Shown one piece after another: positions 20,605 to 32,517 of a stretch of DNA of 64,000 bases; within the stretch, counting starts at the first letter, position 1; the number at the start of each line of letters is the position of its first letter. A program made the position numbers and the translations under genes. The notes below the pieces were generated by a model. That model was not told where the DNA came from. It worked only from the letters and a program-made list of their open reading frames with translations, and ran no database searches. The stretch is from an uncultured Gemmatimonadales bacterium. GTDB taxonomy: Bacteria; Gemmatimonadota; Gemmatimonadetes; Gemmatimonadales; Gemmatimonadaceae. Location: contig CAWKMU010000003.1 of NCBI GenBank assembly GCA_963850905.1, positions 32,001 to 96,000 on the forward strand, read 5' to 3'.

Positions 20605-23169
20605 TCACTGATCAATGTCCGTGTCCTCCGAACCGTCGAACGAGCGGCGCACCGGGGCTGGCATCGGGACACCGGGCCTGAACGCCGCCCACAGGATCTC
20701 ATTCATCACTCGCGGATCGGCGCGATCGACACCAGAGAAATCCAGCTTCGCCGACGCCTCGGCCAGCGGGCCGGTCTTCGGGTTGAGGGCGTTGAGATCC
20801 ACCGTTTCCGGCCGCGTCGTGTAGGTCCAGAGCATCGGCTTCGCCTGAAAGAGCCTATACATCGGCGTGGCGTCGCGATCGTGTTGCGTCATCGGCGGCA
20901 GGCCTAGGATCACCTCCATCGTCCGGACCATCGACGTCATTGTGTACGGCGTGTGGTCCACGAACCCCGCCTTGACGTATGGCGAGATCACGAAGCCGAC
21001 CGAGCGGTGAGCATCGAAGTGGTCGGGTCCATCCGCTGCGTCGTCCTCGGTAACGAAGATGGCCGACGACGCCCAGAAGGAGGAATGACTTAGCGCTTCG
21101 ACGATCCGCCCGAGCCCGAGGTCGTTGTCCGCGACCATCGCCTCGGGCGTCGGCAGGCCGGGCATGAGGCCCACCGTGTGATCCCATGGCATACTGATGA
21201 CGATGAAGTTGGACCACTGCCCACTGCGTTCGGCCGCCTTTAGATCCCGGGCAAAGATCGCCCCCCGCTCGGCGTCGCTCTTCTCGAACAGATACTTCCA
21301 GTCGCGGCTCGTGTGACGATCGATGTCCAGCTGGTCCGTGTACACCGGACTCGCGCCCGCGACCTTCACGCCGAACTCGCCATAGTTGTAGTAGCTTAGA
21401 CCGGCCCGGCCTACGAGCTGCCAGAGATAGCCGGCCGGCGACCTGACTAGGCGCTGCTCGTTGTCGGGGTTCGGATAGACGGCGATGGCAAAGCCCCGGG
21501 GTCCTTCCGGGTGGCCGTTGCCGTTCGCGGCGGATGTAAGGGTATCGTGCGAGCCGGGGAAACCGCGCCAGCTCGCCGTGGCTCGCTCGTTATAGGCGGT
21601 CGAATACGCCGAGTTGGCCCATTGGTGCCCGTCCTGCGATATGACGCCTTCGACGAAGTAGCGATCGAGCAGCGGGGTCTGCTGAGCCAACGCGTGGGCA
21701 TTCGGCGTCATGCTCTGCCCGAGGTACGCTAGCTCCTTATCCCCGTCCCCGCGTGGGTCGTCGCCGAGTACTTGATCGTAAGTGCGATTCTCGCGAATGA
21801 TGAACACAACGTGTTTGATGTCGTGAAAGGCGGCGAGTGCCGTCTCACGCTCGGTGGCGGTGATCTCGTGATCGCTGACTGGCAAGTTCCCCTCGACCTG
21901 ATGCGTGAATGCCGCCAGCTGTTCGGCATCCGGTATCGCAATGACCTCGGCGTAGCCGGTCAATGCGTTTCCGGTGAAGTCGAAGGGCACGTTGGACATC
22001 CCCTTCCAGGCGTGCTTCTGGTCGCGGGCCGGCCAGTTGGGCCGCGAGTCGATCCCCTTCGCGAGACCGACGACCAGATGTCCGCCATCCGGAGTCAAGG
22101 CGAGCGCGGTCGGGTCCCAGCCGGTGGGTATGAACCCCAGCACGCGGGAGTGGCCTGGTTCGTGGATGTCGATCACCGCGATATCGTTGTTGTCGGCGTT
22201 GGCCACGTAGAGACGGCTGTCGGCGCTAACCGCCAGTCCGTTCGGCGTCGAGCCGACCGGATCGTTCGGGTGCAATGACGTGATGACGGTCTCGACGACC
22301 AGGCCGGCCCGGATCACGCTGACGCTGTTCGACTCGGCATTGGCGACGAACAGCCGGCCATCGGCGGCGTAGGTCAGGTCGGTGGGGTGCACGCCGACCG
22401 GTACTCTGGCCGTTTCCTTGAGCGTGGCTGCGCTGAGCAGACTAACCGACTGGTCACCCCAATTGGCGACCGCCAGCGTGGAGTCGCCCGGCGCTAGCGC
22501 CAGCTGAAAGGGACGATTCCCCAGCCGGACTCGGGCGAGCACCCGATCCGTAGCGGCGTCGACCTTGTACACGGAGTTGTCTTGGAAATTGATCACGAAG
22601 AGGTGGCCCCGCGGGTCCGCCGCGATGCCGGCGATGAACCGGTCTTTGTCTGCCAGGTTCGGGATCGCCAACGGCCGGTCGACTGTCAGCGCGCTCCCCG
22701 TCCCGCTTAGGCGGATGATCGGGCGCTCAAGCGACGCACGCACAGCCGGAGCGAGACCCGCCACCTCGGTGTCCTTTTGCATGTCATCCGTCACCGGCCC
22801 GCCGCCCGATACGTAGATCGCCCCGCGGGCGCCATCTACGGCGAGTCCGGCCCATGCCTTCCCGAGCGGAATGTGTTGCCGCACGACGGCGTGCTCCGGG
22901 TCGATCACCTCGAGGGAATGATCGTGGTACCCACCGGTCACGATCAGCATCGACGTGCCGTCAGTCGATGGCGCGATCCGCAGCGGCATGTCGCCTGTGA
23001 GTCGCACCAGGGTGCCAGCCGGGGTCACCCGCTGGCCAGTCGCCCAAATGGTCGCCGCCTGCTGCGGGGCCGAATCGCTCGCTGACGTGTTGCGTGTGCA
23101 CCCGGCGCTCGACACCCCTACAATTGCCGCGAGCGCTAGTCCCCAGTGCCTTTGTGGCCTCACCAGCAT
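20605..23169 (-). CDS. YncE/YVTN beta-propeller plus phosphoesterase (alkaline phosphatase-like) lipoprotein
   Basis: Lipobox SAGC, propeller repeats, IIRENRTYDQVLGD, SQDGHQW, EDDAADGPDHFDAHRS. Confidence 0.88.
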   Translation of the reverse strand: MLVRPQRHWGLALAAIVGVSSAGCTRNTSASDSAPQQAATIWATGQRVTPAGTLVRLTGDMPLRIAPSTDGTSMLIVTGGYHDHSLEVIDPEHAVVRQHIPLGKAWAGLAVDGARGAIYVSGGGPVTDDMQKDTEVAGLAPAVRASLERPIIRLSGTGSALTVDRPLAIPNLADKDRFIAGIAADPRGHLFVINFQDNSVYKVDAATDRVLARVRLGNRPFQLALAPGDSTLAVANWGDQSVSLLSAATLKETARVPVGVHPTDLTYAADGRLFVANAESNSVSVIRAGLVVETVITSLHPNDPVGSTPNGLAVSADSRLYVANADNNDIAVIDIHEPGHSRVLGFIPTGWDPTALALTPDGGHLVVGLAKGIDSRPNWPARDQKHAWKGMSNVPFDFTGNALTGYAEVIAIPDAEQLAAFTHQVEGNLPVSDHEITATERETALAAFHDIKHVVFIIRENRTYDQVLGDDPRGDGDKELAYLGQSMTPNAHALAQQTPLLDRYFVEGVISQDGHQWANSAYSTAYNERATASWRGFPGSHDTLTSAANGNGHPEGPRGFAIAVYPNPDNEQRLVRSPAGYLWQLVGRAGLSYYNYGEFGVKVAGASPVYTDQLDIDRHTSRDWKYLFEKSDAERGAIFARDLKAAERSGQWSNFIVISMPWDHTVGLMPGLPTPEAMVADNDLGLGRIVEALSHSSFWASSAIFVTEDDAADGPDHFDAHRSVGFVISPYVKAGFVDHTPYTMTSMVRTMEVILGLPPMTQHDRDATPMYRLFQAKPMLWTYTTRPETVDLNALNPKTGPLAEASAKLDFSGVDRADPRVMNEILWAAFRPGVPMPAPVRRSFDGSEDTDIDQ

Positions 23170-23218
23170 CGCGCTGTACTCCGGTCTCGGTTGGTTCCCC
23201 CCTGTAGCTGCGCGACCT

Positions 23219-24439
23219 TCACTCGGCCCAGATCATCGGGCTCTTGATCCTGCTGCTCAACAGCATCTCGGTGTCGGCGTCGTACGTATACTCCTCCCTC
23301 AGGTCATCATTGATGAAGACCCGCAAGACGCCGCTTTTTGTGTCGTCTCGCGCATAGACACGGCGAGCGTGTGGATATTTGTCGCATGAGACGTTGACAC
23401 CGGAGTCAAACCCCTTCCCGATCGGCGTCAGGCGACACGTCTTCTCGAGCGTGCCGATGACGAACACTCCGTCGGGCGTGATCATGTCCGTGTACAGAAC
23501 TCCGCTGCCATCCGGGAACAGCGTCTGGTGCGTTTCGCCGGGCTTATAGTCAACGACCTTCAATGTCACGTCATCCGCAACCGTGTCATTTGCCAGGAGC
23601 CCATCGGGCCGAATATAGAAATGCGCCGTCTCACGGCTCTTGGGGCGCTGACTCCACACGACGAATATGTGCCAGTGGGGCGGTGCGTCCTCATGGGCAA
23701 CGGCCGGACCTTGCGTGGGAAAATTGGTGTCGAACCCCATCACGCGAATGGTACCGATCCCCTGCTCGTCAACGCGTCGATCGAGACCCAAGGCCCGAAT
23801 CGCCTCGCGGGCTGCGAACTCCAGATTGAGAGCCGCCTGATGCTCGACCTCAGGCCATGGTCCAGTCGCGTAGCGCCCACGTCTGCGCTCAATGTCCGCA
23901 TGTTCAATGCGGATTTGTACCCCCGGCGTTTCAATGTAGGTGTACGTTTCCGTCGCGTCGTCACTGTCGTACCACGGCAACGCCTCTAACGCAGGGTCTA
24001 CGAGCGGCGCGTCGAACTTGATCCCGTCCGCCACCCGTACGAAAGGCACACGGCTACGGCCAACGACAACGGCCCGCACCTGGGACGGGTCGACTTTGAT
24101 CTTGACTCCGACCACGGACTGCAGCGTGGTTGGTGCGCGAAAGTGAAAGTAGAACTCCTTGGAATCCTGCCCATCCGTAAAGCGATTCGAGATCAGCCCA
24201 CACGTCGTACACGACGTTGGAAACACGACGGACCACCTCACTGAATCTGCTTTGACCTTCAAGACGCGCACGCTGAGAAAACCTGGCAACACGTACCACT
24301 CGGCAAGAAAGCCGGGCGGGATCTGAAACCCCTCCTGCTCCAATGCCACTTGTGCTGCGAGCGGGTGTGCGCGTCCTACCAACATGGCGCCCACTGTCAC
24401 AACCGTGGCAAGGGACCTCACTCCGAGCAAACCCTTCAT
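23219..24439 (-). CDS. Secreted hypothetical protein with HEDAPPHWH motif
   Basis: 406-aa ORF with signal peptide, inside the susCD-phosphatase run. Confidence 0.7.
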   Translation of the reverse strand: MKGLLGVRSLATVVTVGAMLVGRAHPLAAQVALEQEGFQIPPGFLAEWYVLPGFLSVRVLKVKADSVRWSVVFPTSCTTCGLISNRFTDGQDSKEFYFHFRAPTTLQSVVGVKIKVDPSQVRAVVVGRSRVPFVRVADGIKFDAPLVDPALEALPWYDSDDATETYTYIETPGVQIRIEHADIERRRGRYATGPWPEVEHQAALNLEFAAREAIRALGLDRRVDEQGIGTIRVMGFDTNFPTQGPAVAHEDAPPHWHIFVVWSQRPKSRETAHFYIRPDGLLANDTVADDVTLKVVDYKPGETHQTLFPDGSGVLYTDMITPDGVFVIGTLEKTCRLTPIGKGFDSGVNVSCDKYPHARRVYARDDTKSGVLRVFINDDLREEYTYDADTEMLLSSRIKSPMIWAE

Positions 24440-24459
24440 TAGTCACCTCGTGTACCGCG

Positions 24460-26039
24460 TTACGGGCAAGTCAACGTCCAGACCCCACCCCGACTCTGTA
24501 TCTCGGATACCGGCACCGGCGCCACTGTCGTGTGGTAGTCGACCCCCGCCGTGCCGGCTACAGCCTGAATAGCAGCGACCGCGAGCGCGTCGGGCCCCGC
24601 CGTCGCCGCCCAAGTGGTATCACTCACCGCCGCCATTCCCCACATGCGAATGGCAATGAGGTGGTCGGCGCTGCCTTCGAGCACGGTGGAGATCCGGAGT
24701 TCCTTCATCAACGTGTCGCGCACCGCCGTGTAGCCCGGCGCGATCGTCAGAGCGGGCAAGCCGCCTGCTTGCTGGTGCACGGTGTTGATGAGCGTGATCG
24801 CGCCCGCGTAGTCCCCGAGCCCGAGGTGAATCTCAGCGCGGACCAGCGCTAATTCCTCCGCGCGCGTAACCGGCACCGGGCCATTCACGGTCGCGGCAGG
24901 CAGATAGCTCACGTCTACGCCCGCCGCTGAGTACTCCGGTAGCTGCAACGGCAGTGGGTTTGGAACAAACTTGTTCTTCCAGCGCAAATCGGCTGCCGAA
25001 TCAACGTCGGCCAACAGATCCTGCATCGGTGCGGTCTGACCATAGTACTGGTTCATCGGATTCGCGTAATCACCCGACTGCCCGCTGTACGTCTCGTACG
25101 CGCCGTATGGATCGAGCGCGAAGGGGCCAGGGACGGGCGGTGCAATGGCGGCGAGATTGTACAGCGCTGAGGCGGCCAGCGCGCTGTCGGCGCGCGTGAG
25201 AGCCGAGGCGTCCGGTGCCCCAGGGGAGCTCGGAGTCGGACTCGTCCCCGGCGTGCTGCGGGCAATGGCATAGGCGAATTCGAGCCCCGCCTTCCCCGCC
25301 AAGGCTCGGTTGAATGCTGCAAAGGCGCCCGGGGTTGTGCTCGGTGCTGCGGTCGCCCCAACCGAGGCGAAGCCCGCCGGCAATATCACCGGCAGCGGGA
25401 TGGCTCCCGCGGTGTTGAGGTCGACAAGTCCCGAGTCGAGAACGGCGACAATGTATTTCCAGACGTCCTTATTGCAGTAGGGCGGGCTTGTGATACCGTC
25501 GTGGATGGCATAGATCGGGACTCCGAGCGTATCAGTCAGCTCAGCCACCCACATGAAGTTCAGCGCCTTGATTGTTTGCGCGATGCCCGCGACCGCGAAT
25601 GCCTGCGCCGGCGTATAGGCAGCCACCTGGGGCAGGATTGCGAGAAGCTGGTTGGCCTGCAGCGCGTATTGAAACGGAGGCGACCACCCCGCGTTGTCAT
25701 ACGGCAACATCGGCGTCTCTCCGCTATAGTGGGTGACCAGCGGAGGCTGCGACGAGAGAAACAGCACTGCGTCGCGCGAAAACGCATTCACCATCCCCAG
25801 GAAGTAACCGTTGGTCTGCTCGGTGCGCATTCCGCCGAACAACCCGGTGATGGCATTTTGCACCCCTGTCGGGCTGTTCGGTATGCTCGTCGGCGCCGTG
25901 AAGTACGGCACGCGTGACTCACCGCACGCCGAAGTCGAGAGATGAATGTGAGGCCAGCAATCAGCGCAGGCCTGTAGCAGCGGCGTGTTGCGCCCCGAGG
26001 CGACGCGGCTCGCTCGTCGATCGAGAACGAGGGAATCAT
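24460..26039 (-). CDS. SusD/RagB family lipoprotein, frameshift near 25935
   Basis: Follows susC; SAC lipobox across the shift; RAEELALVRAEI, ELRISTVLEG. Confidence 0.8.
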
Positions 26040-26040
26040 G

Positions 26041-29000
26041 TCAAAAGCCCAGATCAAGGGAAAGGAAATAACTGCGCGCAGGCGGGTAAGGCGTGATCTG
26101 AAAGCCGCGCTCCACATCCTCGCTTTGGAACCAGGTCGCCGCCGGGTCCATGCCCGTGTAACCTGACGAGTACGAGTGCAGGAGATTCCGACCGGTGAGG
26201 TTGAGCCGTGCGCTCGCGATGCGCCCGCCGAGCGCGCGACTGATCCAGCGGGCCGGAACCGTGTAGCTTAGCGCAACCTCCCGGAGCCAGATCGTACTCG
26301 CTGGCTCTACAAACGGCGTGAGGTTCTGCACGGCCTGCTGGACACGTTTCGCCTCCAGAGCGGTATCGGCCAGCAGGAAGGGACCGTAGTCGAAGTAGTA
26401 GTTCGTGAGGTTGCTGATACTCGCACCCCGCTGCCACTCGACCAGGCCAGAGAGGCGGAACCCGCCGTAGCTAATCGAGTTATTGAAGGTCATGACATAG
26501 GACGGCTGGCCGTCGCCGACCTGCTTGGGCATGCCGTCCGAGGTCAGGACTGCCGTATTCACTATGTCCGAAACGGACCGTCCCACCTGGATCCAGTATT
26601 CCCCGTACGGGCCACCGAATTCCTCGTACCCTGGGGTGAATGGCCCGACTGGCAACGCATTCACGACGCTGTAGTTGCGATAGAACGTCGTCGTCGTGAG
26701 CCACGTCAGCCCTTGCGGCGTCTGCACAGGTGTGGCCGAGAGCGATAGCTCAATTCCCTGGTTCGTGAATTCGCCACCGTTCGACCAGTCGCTCGTGTAT
26801 CCGAGCGACGCGGGCACACCCGCCTGAAGCAGTAGATTCGTGATGCGCTTTTGATACACGGTCGCGCTGAGCTGTGCTCGCGATCGAAACATCGTCCCGT
26901 CAACGCCCATCTCGATTTCCGCCTCCGACTCAGGCTTGATGGTTGGATCGCCCAGCGTGGTCGTGTTCGTGATCCCGGGCAGCCCACTCGCGATGAGTGT
27001 CGTGAGAGGCGTGTACTGGACGCCGTAATTGGGTTGCGTCCCCGATTGCCCGTACGCGGCCCGCAGCTTGAGCTCGTCCAAAAAGCCCACAAACTGTGGG
27101 ACGCGATACGACGCCGAGTACCGCGGGTAGGCGTAGAATTTGTTGAAGTTGCCGTCGTTCGACGTGCGCTCCGCCGTGACCCCGGCCGTCACGGCCAAGC
27201 GGTCCGACAGCGTGATGACTTGCTCCTGCGCGTACCACGACTGATCGTGTTGCGCCGACTTGGAGAAGAAATTGCTCTGCACCGCCCCGATCGCTGGCAA
27301 TGCCGCGCCTGCGATCAGCTGTTGCGAGACGCTGGACGGGTTGATCAGCTGTCAATGTTCGTCGCCAAATCCCACCAATGTCGTAAAGTCCAGCTGCGAC
27401 AGTCCTGTGTAGTGGTGGATAACGTTCAGCGAGAGGTTCGAGTACGAGGTGTTCGCTTCTGCGGTCGTCGCGACCCCTGGCAGTGACGTCGCCTGCTCGA
27501 CCTGCAGAGCCGGCGGCGCATAGAGATCGTCGTGTTGATCGGTGTAGTCCGCTCCGCCAAGGACGTTGACGCGAAGGCTCTGATGCTCCGTGCTCCAGGC
27601 CGTCCAGTTGATGTTGCCGCCGCCAATGAAGCGGTTTACAGTCTCCGGCGTTTGGACCTCGGCGGCGTCCGCGAACGGATTCGCGGGGCCAAACGGGTTA
27701 ACCGGCCAGAGACCGTCCGCATGCTGCTGATCCAGCGTCACGAACTGCGGCGTGTACGCAAACGCGTTGTACGGGGCGATGCCGATATTGTCGTTCCCAC
27801 TGATCCCGCGCCGGGTGAGCGAGTGCGCGTATGTGAGATTCGCCGAGACCGAGAGGGTGCTGAAGAGCTGCTGCGTGACGTTCGCGCGGACGGTGCTTTT
27901 TTGGTACCCGGTGTTCGTCTGAATCCCGTTGTCGTACTTGGCGAGCCCCGACACGAAATACTGGGTCTGCGCCAGCGCCCCGCTCAAGCTGATGTCCGTT
28001 TCGTACGCGGCCTGCGGATTGCTGAACAGCTGGCTCTGGTAGTCCTGCGGACCCGAGTAGACCGACGCGATCTTGGATTCGCCATACCCGAGCGGTGCCC
28101 CCCAATCCTGTGCACTCGCGAGCGTCGGGAACTGTCGAAGAGCTAAAGTCTGCGCATCGGTGAAGTGGCCGACCGTTTGCGAGATCAACCACGAGGGCTT
28201 GCCGGCGGTCCCATGCTTCGTCGTGATGATGATCACCCCCAATGACGCCTTGGACCCGTAGATCGCCGACGCCGACGCGCCCTTCAAGACCTCGACCGAC
28301 TCAATGTCGTCCGGGTTGAGGTCAGCAATGCGGTTGGTGCCGTTGTCGACCTCGTTGGGCTGCAGGACTCCGCCCGCAGTAATGGCACTCTCGCCGGAGT
28401 AGGCCGTCTGGTTGTTCACGATCACCCCGTCGACGACGTAGAGCGGTGTCGCCGCCGCGTTGATGGACGTGATCCCCCTGATCTGCACGTAGAGCCCCCC
28501 ACCGGGGGCCCCGCTGTTGTTCGTCTCGATCACTGCGCCGGGCACCTGGCCTTGCAGCGAGTTCTCGATAGTCGGCGCTGGCACAGCCGTGATGTTCTGC
28601 GCGGGGACGACCGCGACGTCGTTCGCGGCGTTCTGAGACGACACAGTTGTCGCCACCCCCGTGACCACCTGCGCCTCGAGGCGAAGGACGTCCTGCCGCA
28701 GCGCGACGGTGTAGTCCATCTGTCCCGCGACGATCGGCACGATCTGGGCGAGATAACCAATGCGACGCACCGTCAGTGATTTCGCACCCGTGGGAAGCCG
28801 GAAACTGAACGTTCCGCTGTCCGTGGTGTTTTGTCCTGTCGTGGTGCCTGTTACCACAACGGACGCAGCGGCCACGGGCTGCTTACTGCCGGCGTCGAGC
28901 ACTCGCCCCGTAACCCGCGAGTCTTGACGGTGCGTGCTGGTGTGTTCGTCGATACGCGGTGGTCGCCCAACCAGCACGGCATCACCGCGAATCGAGACGT

Positions 29001-29370
29001 ATGCTGGGAGTCCGGTGCCCTCGAGCACGATCGCCAAGGCGTTGGCAACACTCACGTTTGCCACGTGGAGCGAGACATGCGCTCGCGACGCCAGCACGTC
29101 TGGCCCCAACTGGATTGCGACACCTGCGGCTTCGCCGACTGCGAGCAGGGCGTCTTTGAGCGAGGAAACGCGAAGGTCGAGCGAGACCGACTCCCGAAGG
29201 ATCGCAGCGGCGCTGTTGGTCGTCCGCACCCACGTGTCCTGCCGTGTATCGGGGGGAGTGTTTGCGGCGAGCGCGTTCGAGTCAGGCGTTCGCGTCGGCT
29301 CCTGAGCTGCGATCCGAGCGGCGAACATCGCGAGAGCGAATGCGAATCGAGGTACAATTGTCACGGTCAT
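26041..29370 (-). CDS. SusC/RagA TonB-dependent receptor with N-terminal signalling domain, frameshift near 27350
   Basis: PLYVVDGV, DLNPDDIESVEVLKGASASAIYGSKA, C-terminal YPPARSYFLSLDLGF. Confidence 0.9.
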
Positions 29371-29408
29371 TGGATGTTCCGCCGAACACAAGAGGACGCG
29401 AGCAGAGC

Positions 29409-30481
29409 TCACGATCGCGGGATGGCATGGAAGGTCACTGTTCGGCCAGTACGCTCGTAGCGCGTGCCAGTGAGCAACACGAGTGCGTCGAGCACTTCGG
29501 TGCTGCTCTGGGAGCCGAATGTGACTGTCAGCAGTTGACGTCCGAGCGCGGGATCCGCGAGCTGTATGTCGAGATCCCACCAGCGACCGATCAATGCACT
29601 GACCTCGCTGAAGGGCACTGAGTCGAAGGCGAGACGTCCTTCCGTCCAGCCAATTGCTGCAGCGGATTTCACTCCGTGCCGGAGCGCAGCCAACTGACCT
29701 GACGTATCGATCAGCGCGAGATCGTTTGCTTGTAATTCGACCTGGGCGACGTTGACCTTGCCTTCGGAAACGACCACCTGCCTCCGCGTCGCGCCGCCAT
29801 AGGCCGTAACGGCGAACCGCGTCCCGATATCGCGGATAGTGAGGTGGCCGGCATGGACTGCGAAGGGACGGGCCGCGTCATGTCGGACCACAAAGTACGC
29901 TTCGCCGTCGAGGTAAACATCGCGTGTCGGCTCGCCGTAATCGTCGGGAATGCGAAGGCTTGTAGCGGCGCCCAACACGATCTGCGTTCCATCATCCAGT
30001 TGGAGATTGGCGCGTTGCGCCGGGCGGGTCGAGAATTCTCGCGCGCCCCGAGGCGACGCGGGGTGCGGCTGTCGAATCCGACCAATCGCGATGCCCCCGT
30101 CACACCCAGGACTGCGAGCACGAACGCAGCCGCGGCCGCTGCGGGAAACCGGATCAGCGCTGTCCTCCAGGAGTCCCGACGCTCGCCCCGAACCACCAAC
30201 AGGGCTTTGCGGCGCTCACTCGAAGCAATGACCCGCCCCTCGACATCGCGGCCTTCTCTCGCCGCGGCAGTCAGTCGCGCACTCAGTCGGACCCATGCCG
30301 TCTCAGGATCTGTCATGCGCGACCGCGACTCGAGGGCGCGCGCAAGTTTGCGAAGCAATGCCAGTTCTGCAGCACGATCCGGTCGAGCCGCCAGCCAGCG
30401 CTCCACCTCGGCGCGCTCGGCTGGGGAGCACGCTCCGGTAATGTGGCGAGCCAGCAAATGATGATCGGACGAATCGTGCAT
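29409..30481 (-). CDS. FecR-family anti-sigma factor, frameshift near 30040
   Basis: ERAEVERWLAA N-terminus; RDVYLDGEAYFVV, DIGTRF, VSEGKV. Confidence 0.85.
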
Positions 30482-30577
30482 CGGGTGCCTGGCGCTCGGG
30501 TCAGCGAGTTTCCGCTATTTCAATGCGGAACCTCCGGCAAAACCCAACGTCCCTTTCCAAGCGCGGTGCTAACCGAC

Positions 30578-31261
30578 TCAGAAGAACTTCTCGAGTTCTC
30601 GGCGAATGGCCCTGAGGCCGAGCATGATCTCCCGCTCGACATACTTGACGGACGTTCCCATTGTTCGCGCGACCTCGGCGTTCGCGAGGTGGTACTCCCA
30701 GCGCAACGTCACCGCCAGGCGCCGACGCTCCGGCAGGTGCCCTAATGCCGCATGCAGCGCTGCGGTCACCTCGTTCCGACGACAGGCTTCGTCGGTGGGC
30801 TCGGGGCCTTGCCCCATGCCAGTACGTTCCACGCCGCCGCTGGCAGCCGCCTCCCATCTACTCGCGACGCGGTCATGCCGCCGACGTCCGGACAGGTAGT
30901 TGCGTACCGCCACGACCAGATACGCTTGGATACTGCCGCGCAGCTTCCACCGAGGACCAAGCGCCCAAATGTTGTACATCACGTCTTGTACGCATTCGTC
31001 CGCGAGATCCTTGTCCTGCGTCAGTGCCACTACGTAGGCGTGTAGCTCGACGTAGTACACGTCGAACATGGTCTTGAACGCTCCGGCATCCCCTGCGCGA
31101 ATGCGCGCGGCCATCGCCGCATCGGCCGTCGGTGGTGACAGCTCGTCCAGCCGGTCGCGACGCACTGAACTCGGCACCTGCATCGGGCCGGCCAGCGAAA
31201 GCCCTGGGGCGGGATCCGCCATCGAACTGACGACCTGGAGGTCCGCAGCTGGATCGGTCAT
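30578..31261 (-). CDS. ECF RNA polymerase sigma-70 factor
   Basis: IRAGDAGAF...ADECVQDV...LPERRRLAVTL...EVARTMGTS; adjacent to FecR; start uncertain. Confidence 0.88.
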   Translation of the reverse strand: MTDPAADLQVVSSMADPAPGLSLAGPMQVPSSVRRDRLDELSPPTADAAMAARIRAGDAGAFKTMFDVYYVELHAYVVALTQDKDLADECVQDVMYNIWALGPRWKLRGSIQAYLVVAVRNYLSGRRRHDRVASRWEAAASGGVERTGMGQGPEPTDEACRRNEVTAALHAALGHLPERRRLAVTLRWEYHLANAEVARTMGTSVKYVEREIMLGLRAIRRELEKFF

Positions 31262-31681
31262 GGGCCGTCACGATTATGCCCACGTTTGCTGACGCGCAAG
31301 GCACCTTACCGATCGCTCTCTGGTCGACAACTATAGGGCGCGTCGAAAGAATCGACCGACACGTGACCAAGTTGTGACCACCGGAGAAACGCCCGGCCGC
31401 CTGCGGCGATCATCAACGCACAAGGAATGGCTGCTCATCCCTAGGCTCGTCGCTACAGATCGAGCAAGGGCTCGACGAGAATCAATGCCACGATCGCGAA
31501 CTCGAGGAGCTCCGCGCGGGGTGCTTAGGCTTCGCTGTTCAGCATGCGCACATCTCACGGAGGTTGGGAGCTTGCGGTCAGTGCCGCGACGCAACTCCTG
31601 GCGCCCGAAAGAGACTCGACCCCGCGGGTTGCCGGTCAGGAACTGGCCGACGACAGAGCCGGCACAAGTCGACCATCGCTG

Positions 31682-31777
31682 CAGCCCCGCGGCAAGCGCC
31701 GCCTCGCCGCGCACACAGCGTCGGCCAGTCCCACACTCTTCTGGTACCACGAGAAGCTTCTCGAACGCAAACGCCAT
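31682..31777 (-). pseudogene. Four-helix-bundle protein, short 5' remnant, copy D
   Basis: MAFAFEKLLV/(+1 G)YQKSVGLADAVCAARRRLPRG. Confidence 0.75.
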
Positions 31778-31817
31778 GCGTCTATGCTGCCCGATCGGCG
31801 TCGGCAGACCGTCAGGG

Positions 31818-31948
31818 CAGAAAGTAGAAAGTAGAGGGAGTAGCACGGCCCCGTGGCGCTCACTGCCATCGGGGCCGCTGTTGCTGTTCGTCTACTTTCT
31901 ACTTTCTGTTTCGCTACCCTCTATTTTCCCCGCTCCGCGGGGAAAAAT
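31818..31948. repeat. Double-hairpin module D
   Basis: Perfect 18-bp IR CAGAAAGTAGAAAGTAGA (31818-31835)/TCTACTTTCTACTTTCTG (31891-31908); ATTTTCCCCGC-TCC-GCGGGGAAAAAT. Confidence 0.9.
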
Positions 31949-31989
31949 GGGCCTGGGTAGAGTTGAACTACCGACCTCACGCTTATCAG
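31948..31989 (-). repeat. tRNA-Ile 3'-half copy 6 (42 bp); att end of the intact element
   Basis: Identical to 40745-40786; identity ends exactly at the 7-nt anticodon loop CTGATAA. Confidence 0.97.
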
Positions 31990-32268
31990 CCAAGTTGCCT
32001 ATCCCATCCCTCTCGCAACAGTCGCAACGATAGCACCGCCTTAGAACACTCGCCACAAGACGGCGCGCAACGAAAACACGCCCGAAGCGCGCCCGTAGGC
32101 GTACCCCACGCGTACCCTGGCGCAACCATACCAGCGGCCTCACGTCATAACCGTCGTCCCATGGCACACCCGTGCCGCAGGCGTGCCGGTCTGCCTTGTG
32201 CGGACCGACAGCGAGCGCAGCGAGCGTAGCCCCGCCGTTTGTGGTATCTGTGCAGCGCGGGAGGGGAA

Positions 32269-32517
32269 GTGAGCCGCCTCGCTCGTCGAATGCGACGGGC
32301 TCAGGACCGTGCCGTGCGCGCGTCGCTCCGCTCGCAAGCGCTCGCCGACGGCGTGTGGCTGCTAACGCTACCACTGCCGCCTGGGCTCACTGAGGCCGAG
32401 CAGCGCCAGCTCGTGGCCGCATTCGAGTCTGACCTGCAGCGGGACCCCGCCTTTGCGGATGTCCACGTGGACATCACCGGGCCGTGCAGGTGTTGCAGCC
32501 ATGGAGCGCGCCGATGA
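32269..32517 (+). CDS. Hypothetical protein translationally coupled to rep
   Basis: GGAGGGG RBS and GTG; ATGA overlap with rep. Confidence 0.55.
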   Translation: MSRLARRMRRAQDRAVRASLRSQALADGVWLLTLPLPPGLTEAEQRQLVAAFESDLQRDPAFADVHVDITGPCRCCSHGARR

